NCBI GenBank assembly: GCA_963692915.1
Contig: OY843584.1
Coordinates: forward strand, 96,001-160,000
Direction of reading: 5' to 3'
DNA: 64,000 nt
Source of the DNA: Cenarchaeum sp.
GTDB lineage: Archaea > Thermoproteota > Nitrososphaeria > Nitrososphaerales > Nitrosopumilaceae
In this document: one piece after another, positions 1 to 10,724 of the stretch
Numbering within the stretch: the stretch's first letter is position 1
Layout: each line of letters opens with the position of its first letter
Made by a program: the position numbers and the translations under genes
Notes under the pieces: generated by a model
Database searches by the model: none
What the model was told of the DNA's origin: nothing
The model's input: only the letters and a program-made list of their open reading frames with translations

Positions 1-1
1 G

Positions 2-718
2 ATGATCCTGTATGGATTTCCCGTGTTTTATCGAAAAATACCCTGTATTCGCTATGCGCTCTTCAATGTATGTGCTTGGTGTTTTTTTGGAGCCCCGGCA
101 CATCTCAATCGCTTCATGTGATAACAGTCTTTTGGCATCATTACTTTTAGGAAGCATGTCATATATCATTTTTGCGTTAGTTCCGGTGATGTCCATTTTC
201 AGTGTGCTGTCGCCTTCGTATAACATACCGCCATAGTTGATTAGATACCCGCCAAAATCACCATCTACGTTTCCTGCCCACTTTTTCATCAGCCCAGAGT
301 AAAACCATGTATGATCGAACGTGTGGTTATAGTCCTCTACCATCTTCTCTATGGCATCATTTGCATCCTCTGCTAGCTCATCAGTGTGCAGCAGTAGGAA
401 TCGCTTATCGACCTTGTCAAGATAGAATTGACGCACAGGTGACTGTTTTTTGGTATCCCTGACACACAAAATCTTGACTTCGTCGACTCCGGTGTCGGTT
501 AGCTCCCATGTTACCTTGTTGCCATTACCACTTTTGAATATCTCATTGGTCTCTACTAGATACGCCTTTAGCTCTGTTATGCGTCCTCGTGGACCATCTC
601 CAGACCGTGGTCTCTTCGGCGGGCTATTCATGTCTGCAAGTGTGTCCATGTACTCCTTTCTTGTCTGTACCTTTGGCAATGATTTGATATCTTCACTACT
701 CATGTTGTCACCCGGCAT
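2..718 (-). CDS. Hypothetical protein, 3' end beyond the left window edge (at least 239 aa), lower GC
   Basis: Translated by hand from ATG 718: MPGDNMSSEDIKSLPK...ELKAYLVETN...FYLDKVDKRFLLLHTD...KHGKSIQDH, with no stop to position 2. Absent from the ORF track because it lacks a stop. Confidence 0.8.
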   Translation of the reverse strand, partial: MPGDNMSSEDIKSLPKVQTRKEYMDTLADMNSPPKRPRSGDGPRGRITELKAYLVETNEIFKSGNGNKVTWELTDTGVDEVKILCVRDTKKQSPVRQFYLDKVDKRFLLLHTDELAEDANDAIEKMVEDYNHTFDHTWFYSGLMKKWAGNVDGDFGGYLINYGGMLYEGDSTLKMDITGTNAKMIYDMLPKSNDAKRLLSHEAIEMCRGSKKTPSTYIEERIANTGYFSIKHGKSIQDH

Positions 719-762
719 ATAGGCATCGATCTTTCAATCTGTTGTCTAGTGGACAATGAGCC

Positions 763-1494
763 TCACTTGCGATCCTTTATGCGCGCCCTGCCGGTCTTTC
801 TGGCAGCAATGCTGCCGACCTTGGCACCGGGCGGTGCATCGCGCGAGACAGTCGAGGACTGACCCACGTGCTGGTGCCTTCCGCCGCCGTGCGGGTGGAC
901 GTAGGATGCCTGCGCGACGCCCCTGACGATCGGATACTTTCTGCCGCGCGAGCGAAACCTGCGCCACTTGCCGCCAGCACTCATGAACGGCCGCTCGCCT
1001 GCGCCTCCTCCGGCCAGTGTGCCTATCATCGCGCGGTTCTTTGGGTTTAGCGTGGCTCGCCTGCCTGACGGGAGCTTTACCACCACACCGTCATCACCAT
1101 GCGAAAAGATCGTCGCACTCCCGCCGGCGGCCTTTACGAGCGTGCCGCCGTCGCCATACCTTCGCTCTATGTTGCAGACTGTCGTCCCGTCAGGTATGTT
1201 CTGCACGCTTATCACATTGCCGTCCTCGTGGCTTGACTCGAGGCCAAACGTGACAGTCGAGCCCTTTTTTGTCCCCAGGACAGCCGGAACGTGGGCCGTC
1301 CGTCCGTCATCAAACCTCACCTTTGCAAGCGGCGCGTCTCGCCCCCGCTCGTGGACAAGGTCGATTACGGTGCCCGTGTGGGTCTCGGAGAGCGCAAAGT
1401 CGGGGTACTTTGCCGGTGCGATCTTGCCGGTCTTGGCGGCCCGAAACTGCATGCCTCCGCGGCCACGCCTTCTGACTAGGGGTCTCTTGCCCAT
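763..1494 (-). CDS. rpl2: 50S ribosomal protein L2
   Basis: MGKRPLVRRRGRG start; C-terminal VRGVAQASYVHPHGGGRHQH...APPGAKVGSIAARKTGR. Start trimmed to ATG 1494. Confidence 0.97.
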   Translation of the reverse strand: MGKRPLVRRRGRGGMQFRAAKTGKIAPAKYPDFALSETHTGTVIDLVHERGRDAPLAKVRFDDGRTAHVPAVLGTKKGSTVTFGLESSHEDGNVISVQNIPDGTTVCNIERRYGDGGTLVKAAGGSATIFSHGDDGVVVKLPSGRRATLNPKNRAMIGTLAGGGAGERPFMSAGGKWRRFRSRGRKYPIVRGVAQASYVHPHGGGRHQHVGQSSTVSRDAPPGAKVGSIAARKTGRARIKDRK

Positions 1495-1687
1495 GTGTGC
1501 CAGGGCGCCGAATGTGTGGATTTTAAGCTTGTGGGTGCCTGCGCGCGTGGGCGTGCAGGGGCCCCTGTATGAGCAGGGGCGCGCAGCAGGGCGCATGGCC
1601 GGCCGTGAGACCCGTGAATATGCCGGCATTGGCCCTGCTCTCGTGAGCGCCAAAACTATAAAACCGCAAGATAGAGCCACGCCTGAC

Positions 1688-3871
1688 ATGGGGAGCACGA
1701 TAAACCTCAAGGTGCTCGAGGCATACACGCGCGATGTGGGTCGTGGCGTGGCTCGTATCGACTATGACTCGATGGACGGCATCAGCGCCTCGACGGGCGA
1801 TGTCATCGAGATAAAGGGCAAGCGCCGCACGGTCGCAAAGTGCCTCCCGCTATACCCGTCTGATGAGGGCAAGGGCATAATCCGCATAGACGGCCTCGGC
1901 AGGAACAACTCGGGGATCGCCATAGGCGACACGATCACAGTCAAAAAGATAAACGCGGTTCCGGCCGAAAAGGTCGTAGTCGCCCCGCTTGAGGCGATCC
2001 CGCCCATAGACGAGCGGTACCTTGCTGATGCGCTCGAGTCGGTCCCGCTCATAAAGGGAGACAACGTCATGGTTCCCTACTTTGGCGGGAGACTCACGTT
2101 CCAGGTCGTCGGCGTGACGCCGGCCGCTGATGCGATCCTCGTCGCGCAAAAGACGGTCTTTCACATCGCCGAAAAGGGAGAGACGCTGCGCGGCGTGCCG
2201 CAGGTGACATACGAGGACATTGGCGGACTGACTGACGAGATCAAAAAGGTTCGCGAGATGATAGAGCTCCCGCTGCGCCACCCGGAGATATTCGAAAAGC
2301 TCGGCATAGAGGCGCCAAAGGGAGTTCTCCTGTACGGCCCGCCGGGCACGGGCAAGACGCTGCTCGCAAAGGCCGTTGCCAACGAGAGCAACGCGCACTT
2401 TATCAGCATATCAGGTCCAGAAATAATGAGCAAGTTCTACGGCGAGTCAGAGGCCCGCCTGCGCGAGATCTTCAAGGAGGCGCGCGAAAAGGCGCCGTCG
2501 ATAATCTTTGTCGACGAGATAGACTCGATAGCGCCAAAGCGCGAAGAGGTGACCGGCGAGGTCGAGCGCAGGGTCGTCTCGCAGATGCTCTCGCTAATGG
2601 ACGGACTGGAGGCCCGTGGCAAGGTCATCGTGATATCTGCCACAAACAGGCCAAATGCGATCGACCCCGCGCTGCGCCGGCCCGGCAGGTTTGATCGCGA
2701 GATCGAGATAAAGGTCCCAAACAAAAAGGGCCGCAAGGACATACTCGCCATACACACGCGCAACATGCCGCTCTCTGATGACGTGGATCTCGACCGCGTC
2801 GCCTCGATAAGCCATGGATATGTCGGGGCTGACCTCGAGTACCTGTGCAAAGAGGCGGCGATGAAGTGCCTCCGGCGCCTCCTGCCCGAGCTCAACCTCG
2901 AGGACGAAAAGATCTCCCCCGAGACCCTTGACAAGCTCATCGTCAACAAGGACGACTATGAAAAGGCGTTTGTCGAGGTGACGCCCTCTGGCATGCGCGA
3001 AGTCTTTATCGAGAATCCGGACGTCCAGTGGGAGAGCGTCGGCGGCCTCGCCAGCGTAAAGCGCGAGCTCCAGGAGGCCATAGAGTGGCCCATGAAGTAC
3101 CCCGCGCTATACAACAACCTCGGCCACAAGATGCCGCGCGGAATACTCCTCCATGGGCCTAGCGGCACGGGCAAGACGCTTCTGGCCAAGGCCGTGGCGA
3201 CGCAGAGCGAGGCCAACTTTGTCTCGGTTCGCGGTCCGGAGCTCCTCTCAAAGTGGGTCGGCGAGTCCGAGCGCGGCATCCGCGAGATCTTTCGCCGTGC
3301 GCGCCAGGCCTCGCCATGCGTCATATTCTTTGACGAGATAGACTCGATAGCGCCGGCCCGCAGCCAGGGCGGCGAGAGCGCCGTGACTGAGCGTGTCGTC
3401 TCGCAACTGTTGACAGAGCTTGACGGAATGGAGAACATGCACGGAGTCGTCGTCCTTGCGGCAACAAACCGCGTCGACATGATAGACCCTGCCCTCCTGC
3501 GGCCCGGCAGGTTTGACAAGATCATCCACATCGACCTGCCCGACCTGGAGAGCCGCAAGAGCATCCTCGAGATCAACATAAAGGACATACCTGCAGTCAC
3601 GGATCCCACAGACAGCGACTATGTCAACCTTGACGAGATTGCAAAGATGACTGACAAGATGAACGGGGCAGACGTGGCGTCGATTACGAACACGGCCGTC
3701 TCACTCGTCATACACGAGTACCTTGACCGCAACCCCGACGTAAAGGAGGTCGAGGTAAAGTCGACTGAGGCGCGCGTGACCATGGCCAACTTTATCGAGG
3801 CAGTGAAAAAGGTCTTTGAGCAAAAGAACCTAAAGATCGAGCCAAAGGCCATGATGCAGTACGTCTCGTAG
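1688..3871 (+). CDS. cdc48: CDC48/VCP family AAA ATPase
   Basis: N-domain ([19 protein letters not shown]), two AAA modules ([16 protein letters not shown]; DEIDSIAP; DPALxRPGRFD). TATAAAA lies just upstream of ATG 1688. Confidence 0.96.
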   Translation: MGSTINLKVLEAYTRDVGRGVARIDYDSMDGISASTGDVIEIKGKRRTVAKCLPLYPSDEGKGIIRIDGLGRNNSGIAIGDTITVKKINAVPAEKVVVAPLEAIPPIDERYLADALESVPLIKGDNVMVPYFGGRLTFQVVGVTPAADAILVAQKTVFHIAEKGETLRGVPQVTYEDIGGLTDEIKKVREMIELPLRHPEIFEKLGIEAPKGVLLYGPPGTGKTLLAKAVANESNAHFISISGPEIMSKFYGESEARLREIFKEAREKAPSIIFVDEIDSIAPKREEVTGEVERRVVSQMLSLMDGLEARGKVIVISATNRPNAIDPALRRPGRFDREIEIKVPNKKGRKDILAIHTRNMPLSDDVDLDRVASISHGYVGADLEYLCKEAAMKCLRRLLPELNLEDEKISPETLDKLIVNKDDYEKAFVEVTPSGMREVFIENPDVQWESVGGLASVKRELQEAIEWPMKYPALYNNLGHKMPRGILLHGPSGTGKTLLAKAVATQSEANFVSVRGPELLSKWVGESERGIREIFRRARQASPCVIFFDEIDSIAPARSQGGESAVTERVVSQLLTELDGMENMHGVVVLAATNRVDMIDPALLRPGRFDKIIHIDLPDLESRKSILEINIKDIPAVTDPTDSDYVNLDEIAKMTDKMNGADVASITNTAVSLVIHEYLDRNPDVKEVEVKSTEARVTMANFIEAVKKVFEQKNLKIEPKAMMQYVS

Positions 3872-3957
3872 GGTCAGGAGTATTGGCGCACGTCGCGCCG
3901 CACTATGGTGAAATCATCAAGCACAGGTGACTGTGCGCCTGCGGGAGGATGCCTGCG

Positions 3958-4299
3958 CTACCCGCCCTTTAGGAGCATTATCGCGCGCGCAAGCTCGCCG
4001 TCTGACTCGGCGAGTGCCTCGCGTGCCCTCTCGGCGTCAACTCCGGCCTGGTCGCACACGAGCTGCACATCCTCATCAGAGAAGACGGGCACCTCGAGCT
4101 CGCGCTCCTCGTACGACTCGGCCGTTATAGTGAATATCGAGCTGTCCTTTGCGACCATCTCGGCGACTTGCGGTTTTGGTATGACAATCTCCTTCTTGTC
4201 AGTCTTTATGATGACCTCCTGCACATTTGGCATCTCCTTCATGTCGATGCCCATCTTGTCGAACATTCTGCGCGCCTGGCGGTTGCCGCCTCTCATCAT
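3958..4299 (-). CDS. nac: Nascent polypeptide-associated complex protein
   Basis: RRMFDKMGIDMKEM...EDVQLVCDQAGVDAERAREALAESDGELARAIM (NAC plus UBA-like tail). Confidence 0.92.
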   Translation of the reverse strand: MMRGGNRQARRMFDKMGIDMKEMPNVQEVIIKTDKKEIVIPKPQVAEMVAKDSSIFTITAESYEERELEVPVFSDEDVQLVCDQAGVDAERAREALAESDGELARAIMLLKGG

Positions 4300-4772
4300 T
4301 GCGCATCACCGGCCGCATCGCGACCTTTTAAACTGTTCCTGACACGCACGGCAACTCCGCGCCCGAGCGTCATTATGAGCTCGTGCGGAACGACGGCGCG
4401 CCCAACGGCGATGACGCGCCCGCGGTTGACCACTGCGACATCAGATGATGCGCGAACGTTCTTGCCGCACTTCGTCACGTGCCTGCAAAAGACGGATCGG
4501 CCCTCGGCAACAAATCCCGCCGCATCATCCCCAACCTCGACGCACGATCCGGCAAACGTGCGCGACTTTAGGAGCATCTGCGCAAAGCGAACCGTGAGCG
4601 CAATCCCGCCGTCAATGCGAAGCGTGCAGAGAAGCTCGCCGTCATGCAGGACTGACCTGATGCGGCCGTTCTTTCTTGAGCGCTCAAGCTCGACGCCACG
4701 TGGGAGGTGGCGCGAGACGCCCTGTCCAAAGAGCGCATCTAGCGTGAGCCTGACCTTTAGCTCGCCGTCCAT
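4296..4772 (-). CDS. PUA-domain protein (archaeosine TGT C-terminal-like)
   Basis: SRKNGRIRSV...FVAEGRSVFCRHV...VIAVGRAV...GVAVRVR PUA pattern. Confidence 0.8.
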   Translation of the reverse strand: MDGELKVRLTLDALFGQGVSRHLPRGVELERSRKNGRIRSVLHDGELLCTLRIDGGIALTVRFAQMLLKSRTFAGSCVEVGDDAAGFVAEGRSVFCRHVTKCGKNVRASSDVAVVNRGRVIAVGRAVVPHELIMTLGRGVAVRVRNSLKGRDAAGDAQ

Positions 4773-4915
4773 GGGGGCGTCGGCACCGGCGGGTCGCTAA
4801 ATACCGTTGCGCGCCACTCGTGCCTAGTGGACTGGCTGCCCTGGGCATGGGCGCCGGCCTCATATCGTGGATTCTGCCATAGCTTTTTATAATTGCGCCC
4901 ATGCGCACACCTCAA

Positions 4916-5266
4916 ATGGCAACTGAACAGCTCCAAAAGCTCGTCTCGGTCACCCCAAAGGCGGCCGAGAAGATAAAGGAGTTCATGTCCCAAGAGGCCG
5001 AAAAGCCCCAGTACCTGCGCGTGTATGTGCAGGGCGGCGGCTGCTCTGGACTCTCCTACGGCATGGGCTTTGAAAAGGAGCCAGAGGAGGACGACAAGGT
5101 TCTAGAGGAGGCCGGAGTAAAGCTGCTCGTTGACAGCTATAGCATCGACCACCTCAACGGAGCCAGCGTTGACTATATCGAGAGCCTCATGGGCTCGGGG
5201 TTCAAGATAAACAACCCCAACGTCACAAAGTCGTGCTCCTGTGGCCACTCATTTAGCACGGAATAG
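4916..5266 (+). CDS. HesB/IscA family Fe-S cluster assembly protein
   Basis: GGGCSGLSY and CSCGHSF motifs. Confidence 0.93.
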   Translation: MATEQLQKLVSVTPKAAEKIKEFMSQEAEKPQYLRVYVQGGGCSGLSYGMGFEKEPEEDDKVLEEAGVKLLVDSYSIDHLNGASVDYIESLMGSGFKINNPNVTKSCSCGHSFSTE

Positions 5267-5301
5267 GCCAACACGCCGAAGACGTGCATTGTTTTGATTC
5301 C

Positions 5302-8004
5302 CTAGGGGGAGGCCATGCCACCTGAGATGGCAACCCCTGAGGGTGCGGCAAGCGCCACTCCGTTCCTCCACGCAAACACCTGCACGTGCTCTCTCCCGTC
5401 ACCGTGATCCCACGAGATGACTGCGCGAAGCCTGCCGTCACCGTCGATGGTGTGCTCCTCGGTTACTATGCGCCCCACAGTGCCATCCTCGCTGACAACC
5501 TGCACGACAAGCTCAAAGGCCGTTCCGGCATGACCTGTGATCTCCACTGCGATGCGTTCGGCTCCTTGCATGCGCTTGAGAACCTCGACTCCGGATATGG
5601 CAAGTGGCATAGTGCGACCGGCCACGCGCGGCGACTCATCACCGGCAACATCAAGAGTTCCGCGGCTGTCCACATAGTCCGCATACGTTATGCCGATCTT
5701 TGCCCTCGCCGTGCTCATCGGACGCGGCGACTCACCGTCGCACCACTCTTGTGGAACGCGCAGCTGGCCGACAAAGACACCAGTCGCCGTGCCCGTCTCA
5801 AGAAGCGATAGGCTCGGGCCTGGTGCGGGACAGCCCTGCCTGTCGGTCCACTGGATGCCGTTTAGCGTGAGGACGAGGAGGCCGCCACCGACAGGTCCGA
5901 CGCGGTATGACTCGGCCGTGTCAGGATTTGTGTTGAGGTCCGCATCACGCAGCGTCACGGTCACCGTGTCTGATGTGCCATACTCGTCACGGTCAAAGGA
6001 GACCGAACCCGTGTGCGATGCCGTGCTTGCCATCCCCGAGACGATCCTCCTAGAGCCATCAGCAGCACGGTCATCATATGTCATCGTAATGTCCTCGTCT
6101 CCGTCGACTGCGATCATTGATGCGCGCTCGCCTATTGTCGCAAGGTCAGCATACGTTGCGGCGTCTGCGACACTGAGCTGGTTTGCGAGCATGTACTCTA
6201 GCGTCCCGGCAAACGTTCCGGTGTCCGTGCCTGTCTCCTCGAGCTCTAGCCTGACGACCTGGTTGGCTACCCTCTGCCCGTCGGCGATCCCAAAGGAGAA
6301 GATGTCGGCAACTATGGCGATCGTGCCCTCTGGACTCACGGGCCGGCCCAGGTCAAACTCGAGGCCAAGACCCGTGCCGGCAAGAATCGCCTCCACTGCG
6401 GCGTGCGGGATCTCGACGAGGCCACGCGCCTGCCCTGAGGCCACGGCCACCTTCTGCGCGCCGGCCACGACGTAAATGTCGACGGCCGTTGCGCCAGTCG
6501 AGCGGACGTCATAGTTGAGCAGGTTTGTCACCGTGCGCACCGCATGAACCGGTGCGCGCGCATTTCCATAGTTGACGGTCAGGCCGGTGATGGGGTCAGT
6601 AGGGGTGACTAGCGCCCTTGCCCCGTGCGAGTCAGTCTCGTGTCCGATCCCGGCTGCTCGTCCGCCTGCGTCTAGCGCGCCGATGCTCGCAGCATCAATG
6701 AGCGTGAGCGGCTCGCCGGTCACAATTGTCGGTATTGCCGCGCCTGCGTCGGCAACATCGAGGGTATCGCGCTGTCGGCTGTTCTGGTTTGCGTCCGTGT
6801 CGCTGAGCGTCACCTCAGCGCGCGTCCCTGACGGCCAGGCGCCGCCTGTGCCGAGGTCGAGTGAGGCATCACCGTGGCCGATCAGTATGCTGCGCACCGA
6901 CCCGTACGAGACTGTCATCGCCGCCCCGCGCGGCGCATCGCGCGATGCCTTGAGCGATGACGCGTTGGCCGAGTCGTATGACGCAAAGATGCCCGTGTTG
7001 GGGCCTGTCTCCACTAGTGTGATGATGCCGCCGGCGCCTCCGCTGCTGTCCAGGGAATTCCTGCCGTTTCTGTTGGATACTGCCTCAAGTGCCCCATTGC
7101 CCAGGTCTATGTGCAACGAGCACGTCTCGTCACATCCGAGCGCACCAAACGATCTTGACACGTCAGCAACGTTTCCCGTCGGCTCACCACGCGAGTCAAA
7201 CGCGCGATATATTGCGCGTCCAATGCCCTCACCGTCGACATCCCACGTCCACGAGTCCTCGTCTGTGGGATCTATATTGAGCCACACGTCTGACACCTCG
7301 ACGTGGACATCGGCTCCAGGGGGATACACGCTGCGGTCAAGCGCAAGCGCGGCAACATCGCGCGTCGTCCCGTACTCGAGGAGAACAGTGTCATTCTCGT
7401 GCCTGACCTCGACGTTACTTCTGAGATCATAGAGCTGTATGAACGGCCACACGCCGTCGGCTGCGGCACGCGCGTCACCTTCAACGCGGATGCTCTGTCC
7501 TATGCCGTATGCCAGGTTTGCTGCCCGCTCGTTGCGCAGTACCGACATTGCGCGCACACCGTCCCCATATCCCTTCCCGCACACGCCGCCGAGTGGAAAC
7601 GCGACGCCATCAGTGTCGGCAAAATAGTCCTGGTCTGCGCCAGTGACGTGTGCGAGAAGCTCGTTTGCCTCCGAGTCGCCACCGCATACGGTGCCAAAGT
7701 CTAGTCCCGTGCCGTCTGTCACCACGGTCGCCTCTGCGACTTGTGCGGCGCGCGCATCAGCAAAGTATGCATGCCATCTCGCATCAGCTCCCTGGACCAT
7801 CCTTAGCTCCATCGAGCCGACCGTCACGGTCGGTTCGCCGGCCGGCTCGGCAGTCTCGGCCCTGTCATCGACGCTCACGCGGATCACCTGCGCGCCGGCG
7901 ATTATGCCGCCAGGCGCCCCGTCGGCCGATACCCAGAGCTCGGCTCCGGCGGTTCCTGTGAGCATCGAGGCGACGACCAGGGCGAGGAGGGCCACAGTCT
8001 CCAT
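5302..8004 (-). CDS. Secreted thaumarchaeal S-layer-like (Ig-repeat) protein
   Basis: Signal peptide (METVALLALVVASML); repeated ETGxxTGxF and DxDLN motifs; LRMVQGADARWHAYFA; C-terminal QVFAW. Start chosen from a TATA about 25 nt upstream; ATG 8028 is the alternative. Confidence 0.7.
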   Translation of the reverse strand: METVALLALVVASMLTGTAGAELWVSADGAPGGIIAGAQVIRVSVDDRAETAEPAGEPTVTVGSMELRMVQGADARWHAYFADARAAQVAEATVVTDGTGLDFGTVCGGDSEANELLAHVTGADQDYFADTDGVAFPLGGVCGKGYGDGVRAMSVLRNERAANLAYGIGQSIRVEGDARAAADGVWPFIQLYDLRSNVEVRHENDTVLLEYGTTRDVAALALDRSVYPPGADVHVEVSDVWLNIDPTDEDSWTWDVDGEGIGRAIYRAFDSRGEPTGNVADVSRSFGALGCDETCSLHIDLGNGALEAVSNRNGRNSLDSSGGAGGIITLVETGPNTGIFASYDSANASSLKASRDAPRGAAMTVSYGSVRSILIGHGDASLDLGTGGAWPSGTRAEVTLSDTDANQNSRQRDTLDVADAGAAIPTIVTGEPLTLIDAASIGALDAGGRAAGIGHETDSHGARALVTPTDPITGLTVNYGNARAPVHAVRTVTNLLNYDVRSTGATAVDIYVVAGAQKVAVASGQARGLVEIPHAAVEAILAGTGLGLEFDLGRPVSPEGTIAIVADIFSFGIADGQRVANQVVRLELEETGTDTGTFAGTLEYMLANQLSVADAATYADLATIGERASMIAVDGDEDITMTYDDRAADGSRRIVSGMASTASHTGSVSFDRDEYGTSDTVTVTLRDADLNTNPDTAESYRVGPVGGGLLVLTLNGIQWTDRQGCPAPGPSLSLLETGTATGVFVGQLRVPQEWCDGESPRPMSTARAKIGITYADYVDSRGTLDVAGDESPRVAGRTMPLAISGVEVLKRMQGAERIAVEITGHAGTAFELVVQVVSEDGTVGRIVTEEHTIDGDGRLRAVISWDHGDGREHVQVFAWRNGVALAAPSGVAISGGMASP

Positions 8005-8156
8005 CGCACTGTGGGCACGCGTGGCCATATTTAACGCTGGAGTGGCCGTGCGGGACTTCACGCCTAAGATGGCCTCCAAAAGGATCAATCCTTCGTTAAG
8101 GTCATATATAGGCACGTGGAAGGGGGCGTGTTGAATCTTCAGGAGATGAGCTCAAA

Positions 8157-9461
8157 TTGCCTTCATCAGGCATCATCAAGTATCATGTCAGGCTATCGTA
8201 TAATGTGGACGGCCTAGTTGGCAGGACCGACATAATCGGCGCCATCTTTGGGCAGACCGAAGGTCTGCTCGGGCCGGATATGAACCTCAACGAGCTCCAA
8301 AAGATATCCAAGATCGGACGCATCGACGTCACGACCAAGACGACTGCGCACGCGACGACTGGCGAGGTTCTCATACCCATGAGCACGGACATCGACACGT
8401 GCTCGCTAGTCGCCGCCTCCCTTGAGAGCATCGACAAGGTGGGCGCCTTTGACAGCAAGTTCAAGATGCTCTCGATCGACGACATCCGCGCGGCAAAAAA
8501 AGACGACATTGTAAAGCGCGCCAAGGAGATAAAGCGCAAGTTTGCCATAAAGGCCGTTAGCGACGGTGACACGATGCGCCGTGACGTTCACGAGGGCACG
8601 CCGTCAAACTCGCGCGTCTCCTCGTACGGGCCCTCAAAGCTGCCGTGCGGCTCTGGCATGCTCGACTCGCCATGGATAATACTAGTCGAGGGCAGGGCCG
8701 ACATCGTCAACCTGATCCGCGCCGGATACGACAACACGTTGGCAATTGACGGCGCGCGCGTTGATGAGTCGATAAAGGTCGCGTGCCGGTCCAAGAAAAA
8801 GATCGTCGCGTTTCTTGACGGTGACCGCACCGGCGGCGCGCTCATGCGCGAGCTAAAGATGATGGTTCCAGTTGACGTCGAGCTGCGCGCAGATGACGGC
8901 GTTGAGGTCGAGGAGCTCACTCCGCAGCGCGTCGCCGAGCTGCTCGATCCCGCAGTAGCCGAGATCAAGGAACAGTTTGCCGGCCAGGAGCTCCCGCGCC
9001 ATGACGGCGGAAGAAACGGGCGCAACAGGGGACGTGACCGTGACAGGGGACGAGATAGGGATCGTGACAGAGGACGAGACAGGGGACGCGGACGCGAGGA
9101 TCGCCGCGATCGCGACGTCGAGATCCCCGAGCCGGCGCCTGCAGAGCCAAAGGAGGAGGATCGCCCGCTCATCACGCTAATCACGCCAGTCTACCAGAGG
9201 CTAAAGGACACCCTAGAGTCCGTCGCGCTCGACTCGGAGGGCGGTGAGGCGTTTCGCGTTCCAGTCAGCGAGCTTGTCTCAAAGCTAAAGGAGCAGGGTG
9301 GTGGTGTGCAGTGCATCGTCATGGACGGGATCATAACCGGCCGCCTCCTAGAGGCCGCCAAGGGAATCGGTGTCGAGACGATCGTGGGCAACCGCGCAGC
9401 GCACATCGAGGATGACATGGGCGTGCGCCTTAGGTCGTTCTCGGAGCTAGGCGTCTTCTAG
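8157..9461 (+). CDS. dnaG: Archaeal DnaG (exosome-associated primase homologue)
   Basis: DIIGAIFGQTEGLLG; TOPRIM LVEGRAD and AFLDGDRTG; C-terminal DGIITGRL. TTG start. Confidence 0.95.
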   Translation: MPSSGIIKYHVRLSYNVDGLVGRTDIIGAIFGQTEGLLGPDMNLNELQKISKIGRIDVTTKTTAHATTGEVLIPMSTDIDTCSLVAASLESIDKVGAFDSKFKMLSIDDIRAAKKDDIVKRAKEIKRKFAIKAVSDGDTMRRDVHEGTPSNSRVSSYGPSKLPCGSGMLDSPWIILVEGRADIVNLIRAGYDNTLAIDGARVDESIKVACRSKKKIVAFLDGDRTGGALMRELKMMVPVDVELRADDGVEVEELTPQRVAELLDPAVAEIKEQFAGQELPRHDGGRNGRNRGRDRDRGRDRDRDRGRDRGRGREDRRDRDVEIPEPAPAEPKEEDRPLITLITPVYQRLKDTLESVALDSEGGEAFRVPVSELVSKLKEQGGGVQCIVMDGIITGRLLEAAKGIGVETIVGNRAAHIEDDMGVRLRSFSELGVF

Positions 9462-10142
9462 TTGGCGACACGCACGCTCGAGGCACGCCACGTGCCCACA
9501 CTCACATACCTGCTCTCTCGAGGAGCGCGTGCGGGGTATGTGCGGATCACGACATCAGAGCTCGGCCGGAGCATATCGCGCTCACAGCAGGCCGCCTCTG
9601 ACCACCTCCGTGAGCTCGAGCGCGACGGTCTCGTGCGGCGAATGGTCCAGGGAAGGTCGCTCTCGGTTCTAGTGACTCCGGAGGGCTATTCTCGGATCCT
9701 GCGCCTCTACGAGTCGTTGCGCTCGTCGATCGAGTCAGCACCCTCGTCGATGAACCTTACCGGAAGGGTAGTCTCAGGATCCGGGGAGGGTCGATACTAT
9801 ATGGCCCTGCGCGGGTACACGAGGCAGTTTCGGGCAAGAGTCGGCTATGTCCCGTTTCCCGGCACGCTCAACGTGCGCCTCGATGCGGCGTCGGCCTCTG
9901 AGGCTGAGCGTCTTGACTCGGCGCGTGGAACGATGATCGAGGGGTTCTCTGATGGCGAGCGCACATACGGGTGGGTTCGGTGCCACGCCGCAACGATAGA
10001 CGGTCGCGTGCCATGCGAGCTAATCCGTCTCGAGCGCACGCACCATGAGCGCTCCATAGTCGAGCTAGTGGCTGCAACAAGCCTGCGCCGGAGACTGCGC
10101 CTCAAAGATGGCTCGCGCGTCACCGTTTCGGTGTCTCCATGA
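9462..10142 (+). CDS. ribK: HTH-fused CTP-dependent riboflavin kinase
   Basis: N-terminal HTH (SRSQQAASDHLRELE); GRVVSGSGEGRYY; PFPGTLNV; LERTHH. Confidence 0.92.
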   Translation: MATRTLEARHVPTLTYLLSRGARAGYVRITTSELGRSISRSQQAASDHLRELERDGLVRRMVQGRSLSVLVTPEGYSRILRLYESLRSSIESAPSSMNLTGRVVSGSGEGRYYMALRGYTRQFRARVGYVPFPGTLNVRLDAASASEAERLDSARGTMIEGFSDGERTYGWVRCHAATIDGRVPCELIRLERTHHERSIVELVAATSLRRRLRLKDGSRVTVSVSP

Positions 10143-10724
10143 TTATATGCCGTGTATCGTCTTGCCGTACGCCTTTTCTATCTCGCCACTAGATATCTCG
10201 GGATCCGTCGCGTCTAGCCTAACGACGTCTGCGCCAATGCCGACGCGCGCGCATCCGGCCACCACATAGTCGACCTGGTGGGCCTGGTCGTATCCAAGCG
10301 CTATGGTGTCCGGCGATATCCTCTTAACGGTGTTGAACATGTCTAGCTCGTCACCGATGACGCACGTGTCGACCATCGAGAGCGACCTCACGAGATCCTG
10401 CCGCTGGTTCTGCGTGTGGAGAGGCGTGCGCCGCTTCATCTTTACGGCCGTCGCGTCAGTGGCAACAACGACGATTAGCACGTCACCTAGAGCGCGCGCT
10501 TGCCTAAGCGTGTGTATGTGCCCAGGGTGTATTATGTCAAAGACGCCGCCAGAGAGGACCACGCGAATCTTCTTCCTCCCGCGCGCCGTGAGTCCCTTGC
10601 GTGACGTGTCGACTAGGCCGTCTAGAACCAGCCTGTCTACTGCGTCAGAGTCAGCGCGCGCCTCCTCGCCTAGCAGGTTTCCAATGTACACGGCGCACAG
10701 CGCGTCTATCCTCGGGGATCTCAA
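10143..10724 (-). CDS. ribL: FAD synthase (cytidylyltransferase family)
   Basis: GGVFDIIHPGHIHTL and IALGYDQ; TTG start at 10724 overlaps the upstream TGA. Confidence 0.88.
   Translation of the reverse strand: MRSPRIDALCAVYIGNLLGEEARADSDAVDRLVLDGLVDTSRKGLTARGRKKIRVVLSGGVFDIIHPGHIHTLRQARALGDVLIVVVATDATAVKMKRRTPLHTQNQRQDLVRSLSMVDTCVIGDELDMFNTVKRISPDTIALGYDQAHQVDYVVAGCARVGIGADVVRLDATDPEISSGEIEKAYGKTIHGI

Noticed and set aside
968-1728. Long N-terminal extensions of CDC48 and rpl2 in the ORF track
   Set aside because: Open frames in GC-rich DNA; family-typical starts are 1688 and 1494.
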